A stretch of DNA of 64,000 nucleotides from Amoebophrya sp. A120 (lineage: Eukaryota; Protista; Dinoflagellata): the NCBI GenBank assembly GCA_905178155.1, contig CAJINV010000009.1, forward strand, positions 3,528,768-3,592,767, written 5' to 3'. The notes beneath the pieces were generated by a model. It was given only the letters and a program-made list of their open reading frames with translations, did no database searches and was not told the DNA's origin. The translations under genes were made by a program, and so were the position numbers. This document shows positions 25,328-37,505 of this stretch, in pieces. Within the stretch, counting starts at the first letter, position 1. Each line of letters opens with the position of its first letter.

Positions 25328-25784
25328 GGTCTCGATGGAATATATTTATAGCGAAGAAGGAGCAGGTCACGACCAGCAGCACATTGTTGAGCAGCGACTT
25401 TTGGAGGTTACAATTGCTCGAGATCAAATTTCTTTAATGAACCGCCTATAACAAAATGAAAACTTCTACGTAGAAAAATTCTGCACCTACCTGTCCAAAA
25501 AAATCAGTCAACAAGCAGCGCTGCCGATAGGTTTGTTCGACCTGTGGAGGTGTAGCTAAAGCCGTTTGCTGGCATTGTTGGGAAGGAGACCACTAGTACT
25601 TGATTCATACTGCGAGCGGTGCGTACAGTCGAGAGAAGTTGAAGTAGATGTGTACTACTATGTTGTGATCCTCTTCGAGCGACGACGAGAGTGGAAGTAT
25701 TTGTGGTGATTGGCGGAGATTAAGATCAATAAAAAGCGATCCGTGTTGATGAAAAAGAGGGTTCAAAGTGGATTTGTTTCGATC

Positions 25785-27040
25785 AACGAGAAAGATAGAT
25801 GACCAACACAAGAACTACGCGGGACATGGATGCAGCGGAGCACCCCTTCGATTCCGCAGTCGAGCCTGTTCCTGATGGCATTTCAGTGAAAACACAAAAA
25901 AAGCCTCTCCGGCGCCCGACGTCTTGCCTCCTCCTCCCCTAATGAAGGCACTACCCTCGTCCCCGCACTGAGCTAGTTAACTTCGCGCAGTCTACTTGAG
26001 CCAGTCCTTTTGACGTGAAGAGCCTTCATCATTCGCAAGAAACAGACTTACTTGGGCGCCGGCTTTGGCGCTCTACTTTCTTGTAGTTCTACAGGGGCTG
26101 CTGAATGAAATATAAGACCCGAGGCTGCTGAAATACAGCTCCTGAAGCTCTGGCCCCACAAACATTTAGAAAAAGGCCTCCGACACAGGTAGACTTTTGC
26201 TTCTGGAATTTACAACTATGAGACACCAGATGATCCGTCATCTAAAATCTCAAGAATACCAACAAGGGGGACCTCCCAAAGGGGGTCCCTAAATCCGTAT
26301 TCTTGAGATTTTAGATGAAGGCCAAATCGAGGGTTTCCGCTGCATCTAAAATCTCAAGAATACCAACATTGGGGTCCGCCCAAGACACCTCCCCGGAAGG
26401 GGGCTTCCGGGGAAATCGGCGACTCGGGGCCCTTTTCGCACCCCCATCCGATCAGCCAAATCGACCGGCTCAGGTGCATCTAAAATCTCAAGAATACCAG
26501 AAAAGGGGTCGCCAAGTGGCCAACGCCCGGCCCGCCTTTTGGGGCCCCTTGATTTTGGCCAAATCGGCCGACTCAGGTGCATCTAAAATCTCAAGAATAC
26601 CAAAAAGTGGGCAACCTTGGGGCCCGCGCAAAAGTTCGTCGGACTTGGCACAACTTCCGGGCCCCTGCCAAACGTCCGAGATGAACTCCCTTAGTGTGTG
26701 CCGATTAGGGCTTTACTTTCTGGAGGTTGGTACTTTACTGCGCCCAATGTCCCGTTCGGGCACAGGAAGGCCTCCTCCGCTACAGTGCCATAGCAGGACA
26801 CTCCTGAAAGCAGCCCGACCGAATGAGTTGCGCGACGTTTGCTACCCTCCCCCTGTTGGTGCGTGTTTTCCAAAAATGGGATGAGTGGCGTTTGCAAATG
26901 AAACAGCACGCAGCTACACTGCGAGCTGACCGCGGCGAGTCGCGTGTTGATTTTTTTGTCAGTTTTCTTATTCTTGAACTTTTCCCCTTAGTAAACGAGA
27001 AAGATAGATGAGCAACACAAGAACTACGCGGGACATGGAT
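25785..27040. mobile_element. About 1.2-kb non-coding insertion flanked by a 47-bp direct repeat
   Basis: AACGAGAAAGATAGATGA(C/G)CAACACAAGAACTACGCGGGACATGGAT at 25785-25831 and 26994-27040 (1 mismatch). Confidence 0.7.
26239..26601. repeat. Iterated 22-bp motif CATCTAAAATCTCAAGAATACC (4 direct copies, 1 inverted)
   Basis: Direct copies at 26239, 26343, 26477 and 26580; inverted copy at 26297-26317. Confidence 0.92.
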
Positions 27041-27142
27041 ACGGTGCATTTCAATGCTTTCTACTGTGGCGAAGGCGAAGTCGGAGATTTGTGAAATTAC
27101 AATTAGCAAGCCACCTCCGCCAGCACTGGAACCCGAACAGCT

Positions 27143-30100
27143 ATGACAACCTCGAGGAACTACAGTGACAAGTACAAGAGCCCCCGAAAAAGGGCCCGCC
27201 TACGCAGACCTGGCCGCTCTTCAGTGAAAAACAACTTGCTCACAAAGCTGCTTGAAGCCGTGAAAGGACGCATCCAGGACCTACAGAGAAGAGTACTAGA
27301 TCCCTTTTTCCAAGAATCACGACGTAATGCTAAAGGTGATAGGGACCGTCAAGAACGCAGCTGGTTTGCTTTTCCAGTTTCGGGAGTAGGACCGGCCACT
27401 TCGACGTCCCCGGGCAGGAAAATGCGAAAAAACATCGATGCATGCAGCTCCTGTAAGGCGAGAGCGAGACGGACCGCCACGCATGGGCATCAGCGAGGAC
27501 GGCGAGAAACGTCTGATCACATGAGCGGGAGGACTGTGAGCACAAGAACTAGCGATAACTCATCGTGTATTTCTCCCCGATCATTGCAAAATGCCGTAGG
27601 CTACAGCTGCGGTTGCCGAACAAGGTGGAGAAGGAGAACGGCACAGAGAAACGGAGTTGCAGCTGGTGCTACAAGCGGTGCTGCGACAAGGGCAACGACC
27701 GGAATAATAAATGGGGCACCTGAAGATGTAGGAGCGCGGCGTAGTTGCAAAACGATCTCTTCGACTAGAGTCAGAGACAAGAACCTACCAAGCCCCAGCA
27801 CCAGCCTCCACTGCAAGAACCTGATAAACCCCTTTCACCCGAAAGAGCAGTTCCCAATATTCCTATCCCTGTTCCTCTACCTCCAAACCTTCCTCAACTT
27901 TACCTTCGCCGCCTACTTCCACGTCCCGCCAGTCGACTCCACCTGGGTCCGCCCACTCATCCTGCCCTGGGAGCCGGTACGAGGGACGAAGGACGCGATT
28001 CTAGTCACTTGGACCACCGGCTGGAACCCCAACGCCGCAGTTCTACGCTCGGTGTTGCAACGACGCTACCCCGTCGCGATCGGGTCCATGAACATCGATC
28101 TGCGGAACAGGAACCAGGAATCCGCTACTTGGTACAACTCCACCGAACAATTCCCAGGATTTTCGCCCTGGGAAACGGTGTACGAGGGTCCGGGAAAGCA
28201 GTTCGAGAACACAAACCTACTCCCCGGCCATCCCTACGAGTTCCGGGTAAAGACGATCGGGCGGAACATTTTGAAATCAGTCCACCTCGGCGAGAACCCA
28301 GACACGGAGTCCGAGTGGTCGGTCCCGCAGATGGCCCACACGAACTACGACCCGATCCGGGAGCGGTTTCCGATCTTACTCCAGGGGATGTCGGCGCACA
28401 ACCCGGACTACGCCATAATCGAAATCGACCGGATCCAGGTTTACAGAAGAAGGGACGAGAAGGGCTTGGTTTTGGCGGTTTTCAGTAGGTGGAACATGCA
28501 GCTGATCTGGTATAAGAATTTTTTTTTTGCTAATTATCCATTGTACTGCGCGGGTGCATGACAGCTGTTGCCTTGCATCGGCGTTACGCGTGACAAATTA
28601 TCATATTTTATCAGGTTGAAAACGTACAACACCTTCAACTATCCGGGGGATTCGAACGCGATGGCAAAGGACATTCGAAGATTATGGATTGCAAATATGT
28701 CTGGGTCTGAAAGATTCTAAACTTGTAATGCTGTCTCTGGATTCTACAAGAATTTGTATTGCATGACCAGCAAGAGGACTCCGGTTTGTGCTACGCGGAG
28801 AGGGCATTTGTCATCCGGTACAGGCATCACAAAGTCCTCTAAAAATATGTGATGCTTGGGCATGCATCACAAACATCATGGGTCATTCAAAATATTATAT
28901 GCATGACAAACTTGGCAATCTTCCAGACCCAGACACTTTTGCAGTTGATAAAGATTAGATCAGTCCCATTTCATCGCGGTTGTCTCCACCGACGCGTGGG
29001 AGTGGAACGTGACGCCGAGCCTGATAAAAGCCATGGAATTCTGCGGGGCCTTCCACTTCGCCACCTGGAGCCGGAATTACGGCGGGAGCCACATCAAGAT
29101 GCCCACGCAGACAGGGTAGAAGAGGATAGGTTTTTTGATTATCTTCTCGATCTCCGAGAAGACTAACTTAGTCTTCTAACTAAACCTTAGTAAGGTTTCT
29201 ACGCATCACAACTGCTGTGTCTGTAGCAGCATCATGCTGCGTGCCAAACTCGCAGCTGGGAAAATGTTTCTGACTTCTTGTGAAAATCAAATATGTAAAT
29301 CAGTTTTGACGTCGACCAAACCTCGAGCCAAAAGGGTTTCGGCAACCCCTACGCCTTCTGGGGCATTCCTGGTTCCGGAACCGGGATGGGGTTCGAATCC
29401 GTCGCGTGGCCAACCTCCGCTTACCTGATGCAGAAGCTGGCGCCAAACGCGATCGTGCGGCTGATTCTGTACATGGACTACGTGGTTCGCCACTACTTTG
29501 TTTCCCTCCCGTCGGTCCAAACGGTGTCTACGTCGTTTCACACGAAGGCTTTACCACCGACTCATGAGTCGTTGCACAACCCCTACACGTATGCACAGCG
29601 GCAGCTGGTGTGCGAAGGGCCGAACTGCAACGAGTACCAAGTCGGGGTAAAATCCTACATCCAGGAAGACGACTTTTACAAGGTCTACAACGGGGAACTC
29701 CGGGTCCACATGGACAGGTTACTAGAAGCGAACCGCACCGTCGACCCGCATTACTACCACTTTTTCCTTTTCACCAACTCTTCCATCTACAAATTCGACC
29801 CCAGACCCGCGGAAACGAGAGTAACGGAACTAGAGCGGGTGTGGGGCGGGCCGTCGGAACGGTTTCACTTCAACGTGTCGGCGCAGGCGTATCAGCTGTC
29901 CGTGTTCCAAGAAGCCTTGCCGAGCTGGTTTCCGGAGAGAACGGGGATCCCTATGCTGTGCAAAAGTATCGTACTCGTAGCAATTGCGTTGATGCATGAC
30001 AAATCTCTTTCTCAAGGTAAATCAGCATTACAAATTCGATTCGATTCGTAATGCTGCGCCAATTTGTAATGCAATTTATACTAGTACGATACTTGGTTTT

Positions 30101-30521
30101 GCAATGCATAATTCCGTATAGGAAGCGATACTGCCCGGACCTGTTCCGGTCGGATCGGTTTGACATCAACCCGATAACATGCAGAAACACCTCCCGCAGG
30201 CCGACGAATGAATCGACTCTCTCCCCAGACAACTCCTGTTGCGACTACTTGGACTGGAACGTGGGTGGGGACCCGAGCAGGGATTATTTCCTCGGGTTGA
30301 GGTGCGGGGTCGGGGTGGTACCGACGCTGTGTAACGAAACATTGACGAGTTTCTTACCCTCCATCTCGCACAAACCACCCTTCAACCACACGATGGGGCT
30401 GGGAACGCCATTGCCGCCGGTGTTTTCGAAACTTCCCCCCACGCAGTCGGTGATGGCCGCCATGCTGGGCTTCCAAAACCCGTTTCCGAACGGGCATTTT
30501 CACCACTTGGCAACGGTGTGA
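27143..30521 (+). CDS. Fibronectin type III + ILEI/PANDER(GG)-like domain protein (2 introners, 2 GT-AG introns)
   Basis: FN3-like ILVTW...WETVYEGPGKQFENTNLLPGHPYEFRVK; ILEI-like GLVLAVF...KTYNTF...IAVVSTDAW...NPYAFWGIPG. Introns at 28510-28614 and 29116-29303. The true start may lie downstream of 27143. Confidence 0.65.
28683..28950. mobile_element. Introner family A
   Basis: Family A TIRs; TSD AAGAT. Confidence 0.93.
29952..30110. mobile_element. Introner family B
   Basis: Family B TIRs; TSD ATCCC/ATTCC. Confidence 0.9.
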
Positions 30522-30551
30522 TGAGGTGGTGGTGAATCGGGAATAAGCAGC

Positions 30552-32667
30552 AGAGGAATTATCGTCACATGGGATTTTTCCCGGAGGTACATTATTGCGC
30601 AGCAACTTGTCGTAGACTAGAGCTGACGCTAGCATGCTCCTGAGATCAATGAGATCATAGAGATAGGCTAGCAGTATGCCGATAGGTAGACGAAGATCTC
30701 GACACATTGAGGGGCCGCACTAGTAGGATCAGACATCAGTGGATCACTAGGGTGACTAGGATCACATGCACTACACCACCAGGATGGTGAGCACAACACC
30801 ATGACCATGGTAACAATGTAAATGAATACAGTGCCAGAATGGCTTCTGGTCTCCGGGCCAGTAGCTTGACGAAACAAATTGCCCTGAACTCCGTAGCACC
30901 TTAGTTAGGTGCCTAGATAGTAACTCTGTTCTCTATCTCAGGACAGCATGCTAGTGCGCATGCCGGTCCTCGGTGGTTGACAGCACCTCGACAGAGTTAT
31001 GAGCCCAAAGAGTTCCCCTATTGGGAGCGGGTAAGTACTACTAGCCACCCCGACCTATCCCTGCATAAGAGTAGGGAATGAGCTCCCCAGCTCGTGGCCG
31101 TAGTCGCCTCCTTGTGTGGCTAGTCCGCACATGGAGAGCCAGCTAAGCGCAAGGCGCTAGAAAGGGCAAGACCCCCCTCGCCACATATCTGTCGATGGCA
31201 GTTCTTGTTGCGAGCGTGGGGCACGTAAGTAAAAGTAAGTAGCAACACAAACATGGTGGCGCAGCAGCGACCTCCAGGGTGTTGCAGTAGAAGGAGAGGA
31301 ATTATCGTCACATGGGATTTTTCCCGGAGGTACATCTACAGAAAGGTTTTGGCGGGAAGGTTTTGGCGGGAAGGGCAGTCAACGCACGAAAAAAACTTGG
31401 TTTCCCTGCCAAGCAGCAAAAGGCAAAGCAGAAAAATGAGCAAAGTTTTTCAGGTTCCCGATGCCCGCAAAACAAGCACGAACAAAACCAAAAGGCAAAG
31501 AGAAAAAAAATCCAAAGAAAACTGGCAGGCGCAAACCGCCAGCAGCAGCCCAAAACCTAGAACGCCTGGCCCGGCCGGCGCCTGTCGTGCCAGAACGAGA
31601 AGCAGGGCCCAGCAATCCAGGCAGAAAATGAGCGCGCGCCCTTCAGGTTGTTCTCGTTACATTCTGCCGCGTTAGACGCGCCCCCTAGCCTACCGGCTGG
31701 CACCAGAAATCCGCAGCAGGCGTAGCCACCCTCTCTGTTTTCATTGCAGTCACCCCAGTGTAACTAGGGCAAGGGTGCCGCTGTCGCTCCTCGGGGTGCA
31801 TGTGTTTCGGCTAGCTGTAGCTGCGATTTGTGGAGTTAGGGGTCGCCGGTCCCGGTGATCGCTCGGCACATACAAAAAGAAGCAGACACAGCTGCAATCC
31901 CGTGAACCGCTGCGCACCTCCTGTTGGCGCTAATTGTAAAGCGCGCGGGCGCGCCGCTCCAGTAGCAGAGCTTCGCCACAGCTCTTGCTTCCCAGTAGCA
32001 GGCACCCCTGCAGCAGCGCAATTATTTGGTCCAAGTCCTTTACCTTTTTTTACTGTATGCGAAGCTGATGAATATGAAAGTAGGCGGCCGCCCGACCTGC
32101 CTTGCTTCCCCGCCTGAACGCGACAGGTATTCCGGTGGTTGTCTCTGTGCCCCTCCCAGCCCGCGCGCGGTTGGTCGCTTTTGCGCTTCCGTTTTCGAGA
32201 CGGTAGCTAGGCCGGTCGCGCGTGGAAGAACAACTACAAAGACCTGCTTGCAAAGCAGACAAGCCACGTAGTGTTCTTGTTTGAGTAGAAAAAGGCGACT
32301 TTTGGGCTCGAAGCTGTAGACAGTTTTGGGCCAAGACCTGTAGAGGTCGACCTCTAGAGGTTGACCTCTAGAGCTCACCCCTACAGGTTTTGCACCTCTA
32401 GAGGTCGCGGCCCTCCTCGAGCTCCAGGTTTTTCCACAGTAGTATGCGGATTCGAAATAGAAAAGTAGTCAAAAAAAAGGCTACCTCTAGAGCTTTGGCC
32501 CTCTTTTGGCCCAGGTTTGAGCCAGGTCCGCTTCACAGTAGCGTCGTCATTCGAAAAAAACCGGCAATGGCCGTCGTTTGAGCCTTCTTGGTCCCAGGTT
32601 TTAGACTATTTGCTGCGAGTACTATAGTTCTTTTGGCTATCGTCACATGGGATTTTTCCCGGAGGTA
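30552..32667. repeat. Three copies of a 30-41 bp direct repeat bracketing two unrelated cassettes (about 0.7 and 1.3 kb)
   Basis: AGAGGAATTATCGTCACATGGGATTTTTCCCGGAGGTACAT at 30552-30592 and 31295-31335; its 30-bp core again at 32638-32667. Confidence 0.9.
32335..32493. repeat. Cluster of palindromic (A)CCTCTAGAG(GT) motifs
   Basis: GACCTGTAGAGGTCGACCTCTAGAGGTTGACCTCTAGAGCTC...ACCTCTAGAGGT...ACCTCTAGAGC. Confidence 0.8.
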
Positions 32668-33316
32668 GATGGATACTACTTGACCTACAAGGCGGCCGGG
32701 ACACGAACACTCATTGCAAGGAAACGAAAGCTCATCGCGCTACTATGCGTAGTAGAACCGAGTGAGGATGTGTAGGTGAACGTGGACGAAAGACCCGAAC
32801 AACTTTACTTAAAGTTGTCAGCGTCAGCATTTTCTGGGTTCTTCTCTCCACACACACACACGCAATGTTGCTGGGAGGCAGATGACCGGCATGAAACCAG
32901 GTCTGCTACTGCGTTGCTGTTTCTTGCAACCAACTACGAGTAGAGCGATCAAGGAAACTACAGCCCGTGAGTGTGAGCGAGGTAGTACTAGGAGGGAGAA
33001 CCTTGAAACTGAAAAATAGTCATATAATTCCCATGCCACGTCTTTATCACCGTACAATTTCGCAGGACCTCCTGTTCAACTTTGATGCGCCACCCATATT
33101 TCTATCCACTTTCCCCTGCTGCTGCTACAATGTGTCTACCCTTTAGAAAAATGATTATTTCTCTTCCTCGTGTCCCGAAACAATAACAAGCATGCTGCTT
33201 TTTGTGTAGCAAACGAAAACCAGTACAGTAGTCGCTAGACTATCACCTCTACTCAATTTACCCAGGCTATGGCTATTCTAGGAACACAACCCCAAAAACA
33301 TCTCTAAACATCAACA

Positions 33317-36300
33317 ATGGGTCAACTTCTCAGTTGTTGCCCGCGCCGTGGCGCGACTGAGGCTTCCGCGAAGGTCACTCCTGCCAAACCCGGAGTTCTA
33401 GACCGGTCTGATGACCTCTCGAATATTGCGGTCGCCGGACCACCCATAACGGCCACGGCGGTTCTCTCCGAGGTCCCCTCCGATGTGGACAAACAGAAGG
33501 ACTTGGAGAGAATTCAGCTCACCACCGCGTCTACGACCGTTTCTGATGTAGAGCTGCCGGACGTCCTATCCAGGAAAAAACACCCAGTTCCATCCAATTT
33601 GTTATGCAGAACATGCATAAGCTTAAGCTGCAGTGTTTGTCATGCAAAAAATGGATGGGTATGGGTGTTTTTTCCTGGATACGTCCCTGTCGAGAAGCAA
33701 TTCATTCCGCCCCCAGCCACTTTCCTCGACCTCCCGCCGGAACTCCTCATGACGATCTCCGAGTTCATTTCGAAGAACAAACGATCGCTCTGTGTGATTT
33801 CAAAGTCGTTTTTCAAGAACGCGAATTTCACCGCCTTTCCGAGGAACGAACTGATTTTGGAAGCGTGTCGCCGGGGATACGCGGCGTGGCTAAATTTGGT
33901 TCTGGTGGACGAGGAGAATGTTGCAACAATTGTGGATGAAAACGATAAAACGGCTACATTCCTTCCAGTCATCCCTGAACAACTGTTAGAAAAACTTTCC
34001 TCCATCTACGACCGCTGTAAGATGACGATTTTTCACCACTCCGTTGAGTCCGGAAACGCGGAGACGGTGAAATTCTGGATCGATTTGTTTTCCAAAACAG
34101 CGAACCCAAATCTGGAATTGTTGGAAAAATTGCTAAACTCCCAAGACGTGTGGAAGTGCGTTCCGATGCACCGGTGCCGAACCGCGGAGATCGCGACATT
34201 GCTAACCACGGTGAAAGCAACAGATCCACAGAACAAAAGCAAGGAAATCAAGATCAAACCCAAGCTGAACCTCGTGACCCGGGCGGATGTGAAGGACACG
34301 CTCATTCAAGCGGGGGATTCCGTGGGTCATGTTGCAGTCCGGTATGATAAACCAGAAATGCTCCAGGCATTAATCGACCAGATGAAGCAGACCGGCTTGG
34401 ATTTGAACATCAGCAATCGAAACGGGGACTCTCCTTTGGACATCGCGGTCGATCTGAAAATGCCGGCTTGTATCCTGTGCAAAAGTATCGTACTCGTATT
34501 GCAGTCATGCATTTACAAATCTTTTTCTCAGCGTAAATCTGCATTACAAATTTTATTTCGCATGCTGAGGAAATTTGTCATGCATTTATACGAGTGCGAT
34601 ACTTTTGCAATGCATAGCTTGCGGATCCTTACTAGTGAAAGCAAACGCAAGCCGTGCGCAATGGTCCGCGCGGAAAATGACCTGGTACCAGGTATGGCCT
34701 GCTCAAACGTTACAATCTCAAACGTTACAATAGAATCTGAGATTTGTCTTGCATGATGGACATGACAGACTCGCAGACCATTCCACTTTCTGCAATACAA
34801 ATTTCGCCAGATTGTAGTGCGCATTGGGACTCCAGAACTTGTCATGCGCAATCCTATGAGAGTTGGCTAGATCATGCACTCTTGCATCACAGATTTCAAT
34901 ATTCTATTGTAACGCTTGAGATTGTAACACCTGAGCGGGTTATACCAGGCAGTAGAGACGAAAATGGTGTTTGTAGTGGAGTTATCAAACGTAAAAATGT
35001 CTGGGTCTGGAAGAATGGAACTTGTGCTGCTAAATCTGAATAATCCAAAAATCTGTGTTGCGTAAGTGCCAAAAGCTGTCCGCTTTTGACCAAGTTGGGA
35101 GGGAGTTTCTCGTGCAGGAAAGGCATGACAGAAACCTCAAAGAATCTGTCATGCTGGGTCTCGCATTGCAGACCTCATGGGTCATGGAAAACCTGCATCA
35201 CAAATCTTGCATTCTTCCAGACCCAGACATTTTTGCATTTGATAGGAGTACATGAAAACGAAGGGTCTAGCAGCTCCCGGCGGGGTGAACTTCCAGCAAA
35301 ACAACAGCACGGGGGCTCCTGGGGGGACGGGATTATCAGGACATCAGGGAACAAACAACAGCGAAACGGGGGAAGCGGCGCTGCATTTGGCGTGTAGCTC
35401 GTTTTCTAGTGAAGACGGTAGTCTCGTCGTCCCACTGGTCGCGGGAACTACAGGGGTGCAGCACACAGCTGTGCACCCGATAAAAGCAATAGACACCGGC
35501 GTCCTCGTCCTAGACCCCGAGATCTGCAAAATCCTGTTGGATTCCAAAGCGGACGCAACTTTACGCGATAAGTCCGGGCAAACGGCGCTGCACAAAGCGT
35601 GTGTCTCAATGCGGAACGTGTTGGGCTGCAAGGATGGTATTAAGCACTGCCACAAAGATCATTCGCAAGAGGCTGCAAATAAAATGCGCGACAACGAGAA
35701 GAAGGTCTTACAAACCTGTGATTTTTTGTTGAAAGCGAATCCGCGGACTGTGGCGTACCAGGACAATGAGAAGTGCTCCGCTTTGATGCTAGCAGCAGGC
35801 TCTGGCAGCTTGGAGCTCTTGAAGTTACTGATCAGCTACTGCAGTGCAACCAATCTAGAGAGGGAAAGTAGCGGTGTCGCGGGAGCAGGAGCAACATCAA
35901 CATCTACATCATCCACTCCAACAGCGCATCAATCCGATTTATCGCCCTCGAAACTACCGCAAAACAGCAGGTCGCAAGACCCGGAGAAGTTGATTCTCGA
36001 GTCCCGGGACGTGCAGAAAAGGAATTTGCTCCACTACGCCTGCACGTTCGACAATGTGGAAGTGGTGAAATTTCTCATGGAAAACTACATTTTGAACGAA
36101 ACAGAACATCCTCAAAACACGACGCCCACATCAAGTACAAATTCAATCAAAAACCGAAAATTACTGACCACCGCCGTGGACGAACGAGAGCGGATTCCCT
36201 TCATGACGGCCATCGTCTCCCGGGCGAGAAATGTTTTACAGTATTTCCTCGAATTAGAAAAGCAGAGACCAACCACATCGCTCATCACAAAACAAGTGGA

Positions 36301-37505
36301 TCAGCAGCTTCAGACACCACTGATGCTGGCTTGCGGCGACGCGGAATTGGTGGAAATTTTGCTGAAGGACGAAGAAATTATGAACTCCGAGATGATCGAG
36401 GAAGTCGACTGGGAGGGCAGAAACGCGTGTCATATTTCTTGCCAGTTGGGAGATGTGGAGTCGTTGCGATTGCTGACGGAGGTCATGGATCGGAAGTACA
36501 GTGATGAGAGCGAAAATGTAGCGGGATCCGAGCTTCTACTGAATAACACAATGGACTGGGGCTGGACCTGCTTGATGCTGGCCTGTGACAAAGGCAGCTT
36601 GGAGTGCATCGAGTTTCTGTTGCAGACAGGGAAAGAAAAAGATGTTGACATGGCAGCACCAGCATCAGAAACTTCTTCTACGTCAAAGATTTTAAACCAA
36701 CTCAATGCCCGGCGGTCCGACGGCTGCACGGCGATGTTGGTTCTCGGGAAAACGGATCAGATTTCTATCAAATGCAAAAATGTCTGGGTCTGGAAACTTG
36801 TGATGCTGCATTGCGCATGATTGAAGCGCTTCCAATGGCAGCCAAGCATGACAAGTTTTTGAGAGGCCTTCTGATGCCTAGCAGGTATTACAAATTGCGT
36901 TTTTGCATGACAAAGAAAGCCTCTCTTTTGCTGCTCATGCAACACAGATTTTCCAGGAATGCATGACACGCATTACAAGCTCACTTTTCCAGACCCAGAC
37001 ATTTTTACATTTGATAATTTCCACCGGAGACCAACTTGTCCAGATCTGGGAAAAGATTTTACTACAGGCAGAGGATAAAAACCAGAAACCAGTTTCGGAT
37101 TTGATTCTCTTCCAACTCACCCACGATAAAGAATCTTCCTCCTCCCGAACCTTACTCCATTTTGTCGCGCAGAACCCGCATATAGAAGTGAACAGCTGTC
37201 ATACCGCGCTGGACTTTTTGCTCGCAAAAGGTGCGGATGTGAACGCAAAAGACTCCGTGAACTGGACGGCTTTGCATTACTGCTGTCAGAAGGGGGATTT
37301 GCTGTCTGTCGAAGTGTTATTCAAATACAACGCGGTCGATTCGGAAGATGACGTCGGGGTGTCCGCCAGGAGTCTGGCGGAAAAATGCGGGCATCACCAT
37401 TTACTGAACGCGTTTCCCGGCAATGTGAACTACACGCTGAATGCCACGGGGGGCAGCTTGGGCGGAAACAGTTTAGGAAGTGGGAGCTCGCCGATGCGGG
37501 CGTGA
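33317..37505 (+). CDS. Ankyrin-repeat protein with F-box-like motif and N-terminal acylation motif (5 introners)
   Basis: MGQLLSCC N-terminus; FLDLPPELLMTISEFI; several ankyrin motifs (GDSPLDIAV, GQTALHKAC, NWTALHYCC). Frame restored by introner removal. Confidence 0.85.
33567..33681. mobile_element. Introner family F
   Basis: TATCCAGGAAAAAACACCCA...TGGGTGTTTTTTCCTGGATA; TSD CGTCC. Confidence 0.93.
34471..34616. mobile_element. Introner family B
   Basis: Family B TIRs; TSD GCTTG. Confidence 0.93.
34693..34944. mobile_element. Introner family D
   Basis: TATGGCCTGCTCAAACGTTACAATCTCAA...; TSD CCAGG. Confidence 0.92.
34983..35244. mobile_element. Introner family A
   Basis: Family A TIRs; TSD GGAGT. 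Confidence 0.93.
36766..37016. mobile_element. Introner family A
   Basis: Family A TIRs; TSD ATTTC. Confidence 0.93.

Noticed and set aside
26239-26601. CRISPR-like array of 22-bp repeats
   Set aside because: Spacers are 80-110 bp, irregular and partly homologous to each other, one repeat is inverted, and there are no cas genes.
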